From the IMG/VR virus record IMGVR_UViG_3300024346_000010: a stretch of 64,000 nucleotides of DNA; one strand, 5' to 3'. The stretch is from a virus. Made by a program: the position numbers and the translations under genes. Below are positions 18,795 to 28,960 of this stretch, one piece after another. The notes under the pieces were generated by a model that made no database searches, had not been told where the DNA came from, and worked only from the letters and a program-made list of their open reading frames with translations. The first letter of the stretch is position 1. The number at the start of each line of letters is the position of its first letter.

Positions 18795-18803
18795 GGATAT
18801 ATT

Positions 18804-18989
18804 ATGAAATATACACACCCAAATCAAGATCATGTCTACTATGTATCGAAACATATGTACGGCGGCCGAGTTCAGGAATATTCAAATGGAACTATTCCTG
18901 GTAAGAAACTAGAGCTTAACGAAGATCAATTCGAAAGCTTTTTGAATATGCTAGAAAGGAATGGTTGGAATGAATCAGCGTACAGGTAA
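18804..18989 (+). CDS. hypothetical protein
   Basis: Directly downstream of promoter. Confidence 0.6.
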   Translation: MKYTHPNQDHVYYVSKHMYGGRVQEYSNGTIPGKKLELNEDQFESFLNMLERNGWNESAYR

Positions 18990-19188
18990 ATCTCACCGAG
19001 CAGCTCTTGGTGATGGCATGGCAGATATGAAGCTCAAGCTGTTCTTTAGAGATTGTGCCGCTGTCTTGGATGAAAATGGCCATGGAGATGCTGCATTTTA
19101 CTTTGAACAAATTGTAGAGCATATTATGTCAGGCAAATCACTTCCAAATGATAACAAACATGAAGTAGCAAGAATTCTAGGTGTATAA
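18970..19188 (+). CDS. hypothetical protein
   Basis: Coupled ORF. Confidence 0.6.
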   Translation: MNQRTGKSHRAALGDGMADMKLKLFFRDCAAVLDENGHGDAAFYFEQIVEHIMSGKSLPNDNKHEVARILGV

Positions 19189-19205
19189 TTCTTTTAATAA
19201 AGATG

Positions 19206-19345
19206 AAAAAGGGGAGTTTACAGCTCCTCTTTTTTAGTATATGAGGTTGTGTTGATAAGGAGATACATCCGCTACCAATATCTCCAAAAAATTTAAATAA
19301 AATGAAAAAGGGGGTTTACAACCCCTTTTTTTAGCGTATAAAGGT
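19206..19345 (+). promoter_or_regulatory. two tandem hairpin/-35 early promoter units
   Basis: AAAAAGGGGAG-TTTACA-GCTCCTCTTTTT and AAAAAGGGGG-TTTACA-ACCCCTTTTT. Confidence 0.7.
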
Positions 19346-19368
19346 TAAGTAACAAAGGAGACTACATC

Positions 19369-19545
19369 ATGACTTACACCTTCGATTGCGCTTGGGACTG
19401 CCCTATTCAAGACTTCTTCAAACTTCTCGACGAACACAATCTGAAACTTGAATCTTACATTACCTTTGGACCCGGCGGCGGAAATCCAGAAATCACCGTC
19501 TCCGGATCTCCCGAATCCATCGAAAAAATTCAAGAATTCCTCTAA
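19369..19545 (+). CDS. 58-aa early protein with GPGGGNP motif, absent from ORF track
   Basis: SD AAAGGAG; MTYTFDCAWDCPIQDFF...GPGGGNPEITVSG. Confidence 0.7.
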   Translation: MTYTFDCAWDCPIQDFFKLLDEHNLKLESYITFGPGGGNPEITVSGSPESIEKIQEFL

Positions 19546-19552
19546 AAAAATC

Positions 19553-19592
19553 ATCCGAGGGGGTTTACATTCCTCCTCGGATACATTATATT
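19553..19592 (+). promoter_or_regulatory. early promoter with -35 in a hairpin loop
   Basis: ATCCGAGG..TTTACA..CCTCGGAT; TTTACA-N17-TATATT. Confidence 0.75.
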
Positions 19593-19617
19593 AGATATAT
19601 CAAACGGAGGACACCAC

Positions 19618-19890
19618 ATGATCATCAACGAAAACCGCACCGATTCGTACATCGCTACTGTTAACCTGAAAGATCCTGGCGACCAAGAGTGGATCAAAGC
19701 TATCCGCAAAGCCGTTCGTGAAGCTAACGCTTTCTATAAAGAGCGTGGTCAGACTACTCGTAAGTACGTCAAGCTTCAAGGGCGTGGGCATCGCATGGGT
19801 GTCTACCGTTACCATCAATCTCTTCCTCTTAAGTTTTCCGAAACAGCAGACGTATATGTCTATAACCGGAACGCATCCTTAGACTATTAA
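19618..19890 (+). CDS. early hypothetical protein
   Basis: SD GGAGG. Confidence 0.7.
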   Translation: MIINENRTDSYIATVNLKDPGDQEWIKAIRKAVREANAFYKERGQTTRKYVKLQGRGHRMGVYRYHQSLPLKFSETADVYVYNRNASLDY

Positions 19891-19914
19891 AAAATTCATT
19901 AGTTGTCTCCAACT

Positions 19915-19943
19915 GGGCCGGGCAAAAGCTCGGCCATTTTTTT
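19915..19943 (+). terminator. intrinsic terminator ending the early block
   Basis: GGCCGGGC-AAAA-GCTCGGCC followed by T-run. Confidence 0.8.
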
Positions 19944-19944
19944 A

Positions 19945-19952
19945 TATAAATA
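19945..19952 (+). promoter_or_regulatory. T4-type late promoter
   Basis: TATAAATA immediately after the terminator. Confidence 0.75.
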
Positions 19953-19973
19953 GAAGAAACGAACGAGAGACTT

Positions 19974-21251
19974 ATGCTAAAAACTGTACGTGATATTAAT
20001 ACAAAAAACCAAAGGGAATTTAAATCCTATCTTAAGAGAACCTTAAGTGGTGTTAAGATGGGGGAATCTTCCCGTAAGGGTTATCATATTCGGTTTGCTC
20101 TAGATCCATCACAGTTCGATACATATTTTAAGAAATATAATTTAGAAATTGTAGACTATCCAGGGCCTTCTATTTCCGATAAGTTTGAGACTTATGTGTT
20201 GATCGCCACTGCTGATCTAGGCTCTAACGTACCATATGGAACTATGATACCATACGTAAATAATTACATTGGTGCAGCAAAAGGCGGACCTTTACTTTTT
20301 AATAATAAAGATCTCAGCCCTGACAATTTAGGATTTGCCGGTAAGACATTGGCTGAAGGCGAAATGATCCGTCAGCTCAAGGAGGTTTTATATAAGAGAT
20401 ATGATGCAGAAATTGCTGATCAACTAATGGATCTTGCATATGCAGCTATGAAAGGTGATGACAATCCTTCTGTAAAAGTCACATTTTCTGCGAAAGATCT
20501 TGCTAAAGTATCTGCAGACTATGGCGAACTTCTAAGTGCTCTTTGGGCTATGAAGAAGTTAAACTTTAAAAAGTCCTTTTTTCCGACTGCTAGTAATGAG
20601 CCTCTGATCGACATATACGGGATTCGCTTTGGCGTACACTACCCAATTTCTGTTAAGTCTGGCGGCGGCGGTAAGGTAACTATTCAGAATATTATTAACG
20701 CTATTGAAAATAGGGCCAAAAAAGCTAATACGGTAGACTTAGATAAAGAACCATCCTTACAGATCTTTAAGATGGTCAATGAGCTACCGATGAAAGAGCA
20801 GATGATCCAGCTGCATAAGTACCGTGAAACAGATGCTATACAAAAACTTAGTGAGATTACCGGTATCAAAGTTAAGGATATGGATCTAGCTTCTCTTAAA
20901 AAGTTTACGGATGATAAAACTAACGATGAGCTGATCCAACTACTGGGTCCTTTCTGGAAGGTCCTAAATATGAATCTAACAGAAGGTGTGAAGCAGGGTC
21001 AAGATAAGCTCCGCTTGATTATATCACCGCTGGGAGAATCAATCTGGAAAATTTTAAATAGTGATAAAGAAATAAAAGAATCGTTAATCCGTATTGCCAG
21101 ACAAGTTACTTTGATCCAGGTAAATGTTGATGTTCGTAAAACAGGCATCACATTTCAAAGTAATTACTTTAGAGACGCAGAGTTTGAGTTTGCCTGGGCA
21201 GGATATACCGCTGGTAACAAACTAGGATTCAAGATGAAGGTAAAACAATAA
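19974..21251 (+). CDS. late hypothetical protein, possible PD-(D/E)xK nuclease fold
   Basis: YGEL...EPLID...ISVKSG pattern. Confidence 0.5.
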   Translation: MLKTVRDINTKNQREFKSYLKRTLSGVKMGESSRKGYHIRFALDPSQFDTYFKKYNLEIVDYPGPSISDKFETYVLIATADLGSNVPYGTMIPYVNNYIGAAKGGPLLFNNKDLSPDNLGFAGKTLAEGEMIRQLKEVLYKRYDAEIADQLMDLAYAAMKGDDNPSVKVTFSAKDLAKVSADYGELLSALWAMKKLNFKKSFFPTASNEPLIDIYGIRFGVHYPISVKSGGGGKVTIQNIINAIENRAKKANTVDLDKEPSLQIFKMVNELPMKEQMIQLHKYRETDAIQKLSEITGIKVKDMDLASLKKFTDDKTNDELIQLLGPFWKVLNMNLTEGVKQGQDKLRLIISPLGESIWKILNSDKEIKESLIRIARQVTLIQVNVDVRKTGITFQSNYFRDAEFEFAWAGYTAGNKLGFKMKVKQ

Positions 21252-22585
21252 TGGCACAGTATAGCAAAAGTCGAGACAGTAAACAAAGGCCCCAGAAAAA
21301 CGATGACATTTATGAGGTTAATCTTCTGGCTCATAGTGATGGGGAGTTTGTTACAACAGTAAATCCATGGGGTAAGCAGGTTGTTACTGTAGATGATGAT
21401 ACTGTCCAGCACACTTCTAAAAACCGCCGTAAAGTTTCCACGTTTGAAGTTACAGACTATGGCACATTTAAAACAGGCAAAGATACTCGTATTTGGGATG
21501 AAAAGGTAACTGGAACTGCATCATCAACTCATGAACCATATCTTGGTATGGTTAGATTAGAAGTCGGTTCTGATGCGGGTGATGAAGTTATTCGCCAAAC
21601 CAAACGTGTTCAGAGATACATACCTGGTCGCCAAAGCGAAGTTTCGATAACAGCTATTTTTGGGACACCAACTACGGGTGTTCGTCGTCGTTTTGGTCTC
21701 TTTGATGAAAATGATGGAGCATATTTCGAAGATGGTGGTGATGGTACATATTATGTTGTGTGCCGTAGAAATACTGCTGGCGGTGTGGTTGAAGCCCGCG
21801 TGGCTCGTGAAAACTGGAACGTAGATAAACTGGACGGAACAGGACCAACTGGTATCGTAGCTGACCCTAACAACATTCAACTGATGGTTATTGAATATGA
21901 ATGGTATGGTGCAGGTCAGGTTGAATTTAACTTTGTGATTGGAAACAATAAGATTCCAGTTCATCAATTTAATCATGCAAACGTTATTGGTACTACATGG
22001 GCTTCAACAGCCACACTTCCTATAAGAATTGAGTTGACAAATGTAACAGGGGCAGCTGGAACCCACACCTTCTACCAAGGGTCACACTCATTTTCGACAG
22101 AAGGAACTACAACTCTTTTAGGACGTCAAAGAAGTATTTCTAGTGCTATAACAGGTAAGACTCTTATTAACTCTAATACATTCTATCCTATTGTTGCTAT
22201 TCGTTTAAAGTCAGACAGTCTAAATTCAGTTATCATTCCAGACGTTTTTTCAGGCGCTACGTTAGATAACACCAGCGTATTCATTAGAGTTTTAGAAGAT
22301 GTAACTTTAACAGGTGGGACATGGGTAAGTTATTCCGCAGAATCCCCAATAGAATACAACATTACAGCAACAAGTTTTACGGGCGGCGAAATCGTAGACA
22401 CTAAATTTATTAGTTCTGGTAATATGGGAGAATCTACACTTTTTCCTGAAAGAAGTATTACACAGATTCAACGAAAAACTACTACAACTCTTGGTGATAC
22501 TTCAACAGTATTTCTTATTGCCATTGCATCAACCGGTTCAAATAAATCTGGATGGGCATCACTTGGCTGGATCGAGGTAAGATAA
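21251..22585 (+). CDS. probable virion structural protein (beta-rich)
   Basis: Thr/Gly-rich, late promoter upstream. Confidence 0.55.
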   Translation: MAQYSKSRDSKQRPQKNDDIYEVNLLAHSDGEFVTTVNPWGKQVVTVDDDTVQHTSKNRRKVSTFEVTDYGTFKTGKDTRIWDEKVTGTASSTHEPYLGMVRLEVGSDAGDEVIRQTKRVQRYIPGRQSEVSITAIFGTPTTGVRRRFGLFDENDGAYFEDGGDGTYYVVCRRNTAGGVVEARVARENWNVDKLDGTGPTGIVADPNNIQLMVIEYEWYGAGQVEFNFVIGNNKIPVHQFNHANVIGTTWASTATLPIRIELTNVTGAAGTHTFYQGSHSFSTEGTTTLLGRQRSISSAITGKTLINSNTFYPIVAIRLKSDSLNSVIIPDVFSGATLDNTSVFIRVLEDVTLTGGTWVSYSAESPIEYNITATSFTGGEIVDTKFISSGNMGESTLFPERSITQIQRKTTTTLGDTSTVFLIAIASTGSNKSGWASLGWIEVR

Positions 22586-23808
22586 TGGAAAATTTTAGCT
22601 CATATATAACCGAACAAAAGAATACACATATGACTCACATCGAGGACAAAGTCCTGTACGGTGGGGTTAAAGGAACTAGAGAGGCAATCTTAGCATTACG
22701 TTCTCTCAGAGATATGCTGAAAGGAACTCATGCTGGAAACGTCAGTGTTAAATGGGACGGCGCTCCTGCTATTTTTGCTGGTATTGATCCGAGTGACGAT
22801 AAATTTTTCGTTGCCAAAAAAGGCATTTTCAACAAAAACCCTAAAGTCTATAAATCTGCAGCTGATGTTGATGCTGATACTTCTGGTGATCTTGCAGATA
22901 AGCTCAAACTGGCATTACGCTACTTGCCAGAGCTGGGAATCAGGGGTGTGGTTCAAGGAGACTTTCTTTTTGGTCCCGGAGATCTGTCCACAAACACCAT
23001 AGAAGGAGACAAATATGTTACCTTTCACCCCAATACAATTGTATATGCTATCCCTGCCGATTCACCTAGCGCTCGTGACGTTCTATCTGCAAAAATCGGT
23101 ATTGTCTGGCACACCACTTACACTGGCTCAAGCTTCGAATCTATGCGCGCCTCGTATGGGGTAGATATAAGTAGATTTAAAAAATCCAAAGCCGTATGGT
23201 CGCAAGATGCGATGTTACGCGATATGACTAATTTAACAATGACTTCACAAGAAACGGAGGAAGTAAATGAATATCTTTCAACAGCTGGCAGTATATTTAA
23301 CCAAATTGCTGGGAACACATTACGAGCACTCGAAGCCAACCGAGACCTCGCCCAAACCATCGAAACCTACAACAACAGTTTTGTCAGAGCCGGAACCATC
23401 CCCGATCCCAGAACCCACACCGATGGGCTTATCCGTTGGATCAGAGGAAGATACCAAAAAGAAATCGACGCCCTCAAAACCGAGAAAGGCAAGATCGGCA
23501 AAGCCAAAAAGCGTGACGACTTCCTTGCCTTCTTCAGCGCCGAAAACAAAAAGTCGCTCGAAAAAGTCTTTGAACTCCAAAGAGTAATAGTTTTAGCGAA
23601 ATTAAAACTCATAAATATACTTAATAGATTATCAAAAACTAAACATTTTGTTAAGACTCGTAATGGTTATAAGACAACTGGCCCTGAGGGTTATGTAGCG
23701 ATTGATAAACTTGGTGGTGACGCGGTAAAGATTGTTGATAGAATGGAATTTTCATACAACAACTTTTCGCCTGAAATTTTAAAAGGTTGGGATAAGCCCA
23801 GCCGTTAA
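22585..23808 (+). CDS. conserved T4-like protein with KxDG nucleotidyltransferase/ligase-like motif
   Basis: NTHMTHIED, VKWDGAPA, QGDFLF, EGYVA, KIVDR; capsid-targeting-like N-terminus MENFSSYITE. Confidence 0.65.
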   Translation: MENFSSYITEQKNTHMTHIEDKVLYGGVKGTREAILALRSLRDMLKGTHAGNVSVKWDGAPAIFAGIDPSDDKFFVAKKGIFNKNPKVYKSAADVDADTSGDLADKLKLALRYLPELGIRGVVQGDFLFGPGDLSTNTIEGDKYVTFHPNTIVYAIPADSPSARDVLSAKIGIVWHTTYTGSSFESMRASYGVDISRFKKSKAVWSQDAMLRDMTNLTMTSQETEEVNEYLSTAGSIFNQIAGNTLRALEANRDLAQTIETYNNSFVRAGTIPDPRTHTDGLIRWIRGRYQKEIDALKTEKGKIGKAKKRDDFLAFFSAENKKSLEKVFELQRVIVLAKLKLINILNRLSKTKHFVKTRNGYKTTGPEGYVAIDKLGGDAVKIVDRMEFSYNNFSPEILKGWDKPSR

Positions 23809-23820
23809 TGGGATAAACCG

Positions 23821-24441
23821 ATGCTAAGATTTAAAGACATGTTCCCTATGGGAATAGAATACCGTCCAGGAGAGGACGAACTTACAAACTATAGAGCCCT
23901 TCGCCGTAAACGCACAATTGGTGTTGGTGAAGGTGGTCCAATTGGTGAGGCAAATGATCCCTCACATGAAAATCCGGTCAGTGATTATATTGACAAAGGT
24001 AAACATTCTAAGAATGTTGGCCCGGGTTATAAAACTAAAAATGTTAAAATAAAAAATCAAGATGGAACGCACACCATCATGGTACATCAGCTTGCTTCTG
24101 AATCAACTGAAGTTGATGAAGCTCTATCAGTTCAGTCGCGTCTTAAAAAAGGCCGTGATATGCGCCGCAATAAGGCGAAGATTGCTCTTGGAAGAAGCCG
24201 CGCAGCTCGTAGATTTGCGAGTAACGACACGCTCAAGAAGCGTGCAAGACGTTCGGCATATCTGGCGACATACAAAAGATTAATTAAAAATATTTCAAAA
24301 GATGACTTGACTCCGCAACGAAAAGCTGAGATCGAGAAGCGCTTAAATAGTCCAGCTTTTAAGACTCGAATTGATCGTATGTCTAAGAAAATGATTAAAG
24401 ACGTTCGTAAAAAAGAAATGGAAAGAAAGCGCGCAAAATGA
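23821..24441 (+). CDS. basic protein, probable head-internal protein
   Basis: Arg/Lys-rich C-terminal half after VDE site. Confidence 0.6.
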   Translation: MLRFKDMFPMGIEYRPGEDELTNYRALRRKRTIGVGEGGPIGEANDPSHENPVSDYIDKGKHSKNVGPGYKTKNVKIKNQDGTHTIMVHQLASESTEVDEALSVQSRLKKGRDMRRNKAKIALGRSRAARRFASNDTLKKRARRSAYLATYKRLIKNISKDDLTPQRKAEIEKRLNSPAFKTRIDRMSKKMIKDVRKKEMERKRAK

Positions 24442-25574
24442 TTGGATCATTTAAGCAGTACTTAGTTGAAGAAGAAAAAACGGTTTTCTTCTCCTTCGGG
24501 AGAATGAATCCACCTACTATTGGTCATGAAAAACTGCTAGACAAATTGGCTTCATCTGCAGGCAAAAATCCATATAGAATGTATTTGTCTCAATCGATCG
24601 ATTCTAAAAAGAACCCACTGACATACAAAGAAAAAGTTAAAGCAGCGCGTAAGATGTTTCCACGTCATGCGCGTAATATCCTTATGAACAACAAAATTAA
24701 AAACATAATGGATATTACAACTTCACTTTACGATGAAGGATTTAGAAAAGTTGTTATGGTTGTTGGATCAGATCGAGTCAATGAATTTGATGCTCTTCTG
24801 AACACGTATAACGGCAAAAAGGGTCGTCATGGTCTATATAACTTTATGGATATTAAAGTTATTTCGGCTGGCGAGCGTGATCCAGATGCTGACGGCGCAG
24901 AAGGTATGAGTGCTTCTAAAATGCGCAGCGCAGCATCCGATAATGATTTTACATCATTTTCTCAAGGTCTACCTAAAGCGTTTTCGAACTCAGATTCGAA
25001 GGCGCTTTTTAATTCTGTCCGTAAGGGCTTGGGACTTAAAGAAGAAAAAAGTTTTAAACGACATGTTGAATTAGCCCCAGTATCTGACCTAAGAGAATCA
25101 TACATTGATGGAAAGCTTTTCGATATTGGTGATCAAGTTGTTATTAAAGAAAACGGTGAACTTGGAATCGTAAAACAGCTAGGATCTAACTACGTTATTA
25201 TTGAATCAAAGGCTAATAAGTATCGCAAATGGCTTGATGCTGTTGAAAAGGTAGATCAGCCTGCTGTAGAATACCAGGTCGCTCCATTCTCTGTAAATTT
25301 GAGCGAGGCCGTCGATAATACAAAAAGCATGTATGCTGATAAGCCTGATTGGGGTACGCCTGAATCTTCTGAAAAGGCTAAGGAAAAAACGCCTGGTGAA
25401 AAGAAAAAGAAAATTAGCTTCAAAGAGTTTGACGAAAGCGCTGCTATTGACCTAGCTAAAAAAAGAATAAATAGGGAAAAGAAGGCAGATGCAGTTCGCC
25501 ATGATAGAATGATGGATGCGGCCAGACTTAAAAGCGTTAAAATTAAAAATAAAGAGACCAAGCCAAATGAATGA
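24438..25574 (+). CDS. cytidylyltransferase-like nucleotidyltransferase
   Basis: FGRMNPPTIGH, KNPL, VVGSDR, MSASKMR. Confidence 0.85.
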   Translation: MIGSFKQYLVEEEKTVFFSFGRMNPPTIGHEKLLDKLASSAGKNPYRMYLSQSIDSKKNPLTYKEKVKAARKMFPRHARNILMNNKIKNIMDITTSLYDEGFRKVVMVVGSDRVNEFDALLNTYNGKKGRHGLYNFMDIKVISAGERDPDADGAEGMSASKMRSAASDNDFTSFSQGLPKAFSNSDSKALFNSVRKGLGLKEEKSFKRHVELAPVSDLRESYIDGKLFDIGDQVVIKENGELGIVKQLGSNYVIIESKANKYRKWLDAVEKVDQPAVEYQVAPFSVNLSEAVDNTKSMYADKPDWGTPESSEKAKEKTPGEKKKKISFKEFDESAAIDLAKKRINREKKADAVRHDRMMDAARLKSVKIKNKETKPNE

Positions 25575-27018
25575 TTTTAAAAACTTTAAAGCAAAACTAG
25601 ATGAGAAAAAAGGCTTGTGGGATAATATCCACGCCAAGCGCAAGCGCGGGGAAAAGCCTAATCCTCCTGGACACCCTGATCGACCAACAGCCCAAGACTT
25701 TAAAGATGCACAAAAGACATCTAAGAAAGAATCTGTTGAAGAAAAGAAACTTACTCCGGCTGAAATAAAAAAACGTGAAGAGATTGCTAAGGCAATGGAA
25801 CGCGATAATCCAGGCATGGACATGGGTAAGAAGATGGCGATCGCTACTGCTACTGCTAAGAAGGTTGCTGAAGAAGTTAGACAGATCGACGAGCTTTCAC
25901 CAAATACTTTGAGTAGATATGTTAAAAAGGCTGATAAGCAAGCAGATAAAGCTTCTGATAGTTATTCTAGAGCAGCAGCAAGGCGTTCTGACTTTGCAAG
26001 TGATACACCTGCTATGGCTAAAAATGCTAAAAAGTTTGCAAAACGCGATGCAGGAGCAGCTTTGGCTAGAAAAAAACTAGCAAATCAAAATGAAGCAGTC
26101 GATCTTGACAAAGCATCTAAGAGCGATATGCTATGCAAAGAGTGTGGTGATCAGTTCGGTAAGCCTACTAATGAGAAATGCATGTACGATGCATACGATA
26201 AGTTGGGTGAGAACTGGGTTACAAAGGAAATGTACGAGGGTCTAGATATTACTGAAATCTCTCTTGATATGCTTACTAAAAAGATTTCTAATTCTGGTAT
26301 GGCTACTACTAAAAAGGCCAATAAGATGGATAAAACAAAAAATGATCTTGCTGCACTGAAAGCAAGACTTGCTGGAAAGCCAGCTCTTGCGAAAGAAGCT
26401 AAAGAAGACGACGAACCAGCTTCACCTGATGAAGCGAGCATGGCACTTAAACAACTCGAGTTTATTGAATATGCTGCAGAAGAAATGATGGATCATATTA
26501 AATCTGGTAAAGAATTTCCAGAGTGGTTCCAGAATAAACTTTCAAAAGCACACGGCGAGATTGAAGGCTTACATTCTTCTATGGGCGAGCACGGTGAAGA
26601 TGAAGAAGATATGAAAGAAGCCGTTCGCCGTAAAGGTGCACCTAAAATGAAAGGTGACTTTTTTGCAATGCAACGCGCAAAAGACGCAGAACTTAACAAA
26701 GCCCTTGGTCGCACAAAGACTGGTCGTAAAAAACCAGTTCGCCAAATGACTTCTACTCAGCGTTCACTTGCTCAACTTCGTCGTGAAGAAACTGAACTCG
26801 ATGAAGGTATTTCTAACAACATGCGCTTGATTAGTAAAATCAAAAACTCAGGTGTTGTTAAATCTGGTTCTATGTCCAAAGATACTAAACCGGCTCCTAA
26901 AAAAGAAGGTATAGATACTGCTGCTGATAAAAAACCAGAAAAGTTTATTAAGCCTGATGGTAAGATTGGCGTTCGTATGGTTCCAATGGACAAAAATATT
27001 GTAGATAAAGATAAGTAA
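25567..27018 (+). CDS. Lys/Glu-rich modular protein, probable head-internal polyprotein
   Basis: Repeated (I/L/V)xE junctions: LDEKK, VEEKK, IDELS, ITEIS, LDEGI. Confidence 0.6.
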   Translation: MNDFKNFKAKLDEKKGLWDNIHAKRKRGEKPNPPGHPDRPTAQDFKDAQKTSKKESVEEKKLTPAEIKKREEIAKAMERDNPGMDMGKKMAIATATAKKVAEEVRQIDELSPNTLSRYVKKADKQADKASDSYSRAAARRSDFASDTPAMAKNAKKFAKRDAGAALARKKLANQNEAVDLDKASKSDMLCKECGDQFGKPTNEKCMYDAYDKLGENWVTKEMYEGLDITEISLDMLTKKISNSGMATTKKANKMDKTKNDLAALKARLAGKPALAKEAKEDDEPASPDEASMALKQLEFIEYAAEEMMDHIKSGKEFPEWFQNKLSKAHGEIEGLHSSMGEHGEDEEDMKEAVRRKGAPKMKGDFFAMQRAKDAELNKALGRTKTGRKKPVRQMTSTQRSLAQLRREETELDEGISNNMRLISKIKNSGVVKSGSMSKDTKPAPKKEGIDTAADKKPEKFIKPDGKIGVRMVPMDKNIVDKDK

Positions 27019-27019
27019 T

Positions 27020-27310
27020 ATGGAATCTTTCAAGCGATATATGGCAGAAAGAGGCGAAGACTCTAAAGGCCATTTTATCAGCACCGAAAAAGGTGCTGGT
27101 ATGACAGCCAAGGGAGTTAAAGCTTTTAGGAGTAAAAACCCCGGAAGCAAACTTCAAACTGCTGTTACTGGAAAAGTAAAACCTGGTAGTAAAGACGCAA
27201 AACGACGTAAGAGCTTTTGTGCAAGGATGAGCGGGATGCCTGGGCCGATGAAGGACGAAAAGGGTAGACCGACACGTAAAGCAATGTCGTTAAAAAGATG
27301 GAAGTGTTAA
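27020..27310 (+). CDS. small basic conserved phage protein
   Basis: MESFKRYMAE N-terminus; RRKSFCARM...SLKRWKC. Confidence 0.7.
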   Translation: MESFKRYMAERGEDSKGHFISTEKGAGMTAKGVKAFRSKNPGSKLQTAVTGKVKPGSKDAKRRKSFCARMSGMPGPMKDEKGRPTRKAMSLKRWKC

Positions 27311-27582
27311 TGTCTGACTACAGTAGATTGGATCGGATTGAAGAAAAGATCGACAAGTTGACTGATGCCATGGTTACTATTGCCAGAGCAGAGGAAAAAC
27401 TTGTGAATATGGAGCAAAAATATTCTGCTCAATATGATCGTATGAACAAGTTTTCTGAAAAACTTGATGCTCTTGAAAAGATTACATCTGAAAATTCTCA
27501 GACGGTATATACTATTAATAAACTCTTTTGGGTTGCACTAATTGCAGTGGTTGGTGCCATTGCCGCTAACCTCTTAATGTAA
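27310..27582 (+). CDS. coiled-coil protein with C-terminal TM (XhlA/holin-like)
   Basis: Heptad repeats followed by hydrophobic tail. Confidence 0.55.
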   Translation: MSDYSRLDRIEEKIDKLTDAMVTIARAEEKLVNMEQKYSAQYDRMNKFSEKLDALEKITSENSQTVYTINKLFWVALIAVVGAIAANLLM

Positions 27583-27592
27583 GGAAAAAAAA

Positions 27593-28573
27593 ATGAACTA
27601 CAAAGATATCTTAGCAATGGGCGAGGCATATAAGAAAGTTGCTGAAGCCGGTTGCAAAACTCCTAAAAACGAAGCAATGGATCCAGTGGATGCCAAAGAA
27701 CTTAAAGGTAAGCACAAAGACCGTAAAGACAAAGACATTGACAATGATGGTGATGTTGATAAGTCTGATGAGTATCTTCACAAGCGCCGCAAAGCTGTTT
27801 CTAAAGCCATGAAAGGTAAAGAAACCGAGACTGAAGTTCAAACTCAAGAATCAAAACTAATGACAAAAGCGCAGAAACGCGCTTTGCAGAATATTAAAGT
27901 GCAGCCAAAGGACAAAGTTTCTTTGAAGAAAGCTCCTTGGGATATGAAGAAAGAAGAAGCTGAAGAACTTGATGAGCTTTCACAAGATACTTTACGTAAT
28001 TATCATGGTGCTGCAGCTCTTGATCTTAGAAAGAAAAGAGAGAAACTTAATAAAGGTACTCTGACCTCTAAAGATTATAAGCAGGGGCAAAACCGCGTAA
28101 CTGGTTTGAATAGAGCTGCTAATAAAATGGAAGAGGTAGAGATTGACGAAGCAACTGCCACAGTAAAACAACAAAAGACCCTCAAAGCTCTTATGACTAA
28201 AGCTCTTGATGGCAAACGCGCAAAGCCAGGAACAACATCTGCAATTGCCACTAATGGTGATTTTGTTGTTAAAGATAGCGGCAGCCGTATTATTGGTAGA
28301 CTCAAAGCTGGTACTTACACTGATCCTTTGAAAGAAACAGTCGAAGAAGCTAAAGATCACGGTAATACAAACAACGGTTCTCCTGCAGGTGAAGGTCTTT
28401 CTCCTTCTGCAAAAAAAGAGCTTGAGCGTAAAACTCCTATGAATCCAGCAACAGATGCAGAAGCGGTAAACAATCTTAACTTTAAAACTTTTAAAGCTAT
28501 GATTAAAAAAGCGACGATGCGCTCAAAAGACAATGCGCAAGGTGACAAAACTCCACCAAAAACAGGAAAATAA
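27593..28573 (+). CDS. Lys-rich modular protein with EF-hand-like DIDNDGDVDKSDEYL
   Basis: LDELS, IDEAT, VEEAK junctions. Confidence 0.6.
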   Translation: MNYKDILAMGEAYKKVAEAGCKTPKNEAMDPVDAKELKGKHKDRKDKDIDNDGDVDKSDEYLHKRRKAVSKAMKGKETETEVQTQESKLMTKAQKRALQNIKVQPKDKVSLKKAPWDMKKEEAEELDELSQDTLRNYHGAAALDLRKKREKLNKGTLTSKDYKQGQNRVTGLNRAANKMEEVEIDEATATVKQQKTLKALMTKALDGKRAKPGTTSAIATNGDFVVKDSGSRIIGRLKAGTYTDPLKETVEEAKDHGNTNNGSPAGEGLSPSAKKELERKTPMNPATDAEAVNNLNFKTFKAMIKKATMRSKDNAQGDKTPPKTGK

Positions 28574-28575
28574 TA

Positions 28576-28956
28576 ATGGCTATTACTCCTCCAGCATTTC
28601 AAAAAGACGCTGTCCCTTCATTGAAGGGATGGCATCATCCTAAGACGAATGAGCTTCTCAAGTCAACTCGTCACACCCAAGCTCAGATTGATGAGTTTAA
28701 TGGTATTACAGCTGTCGAATCTCCAATTGCTATCGAAATTGCCGAAGTAGTTGAAGATGTAGTTACATTGCGCTGGGAGCAGCCTGTTGTTATTGCAGAA
28801 GGCATCATAGATAGTACTAATGACATTCCTGATGATCTTGAAGCTATGACTAAAAGGCAACTTGAAGAATATGCCCGCGGCTTTGGCGTAGAACTTGACC
28901 TCAGTTTATCGAGAAAGGCACTATTAGACGAAGTACTCTCATTAGTAAAAAGATAA
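28576..28956 (+). CDS. hypothetical protein with C-terminal small helical (Rho-N/SAP-like) motif
   Basis: LEAMTKRQLEEYARGFGVELD. Confidence 0.55.
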   Translation: MAITPPAFQKDAVPSLKGWHHPKTNELLKSTRHTQAQIDEFNGITAVESPIAIEIAEVVEDVVTLRWEQPVVIAEGIIDSTNDIPDDLEAMTKRQLEEYARGFGVELDLSLSRKALLDEVLSLVKR

Positions 28957-28960
28957 TTAA

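Noticed and set aside
23267-23612. Diversity-generating retroelement or overprinted gene at the C-rich patch
   Set aside because: No template/variable repeat pair or reverse transcriptase seen; the open frames follow from T-depletion.
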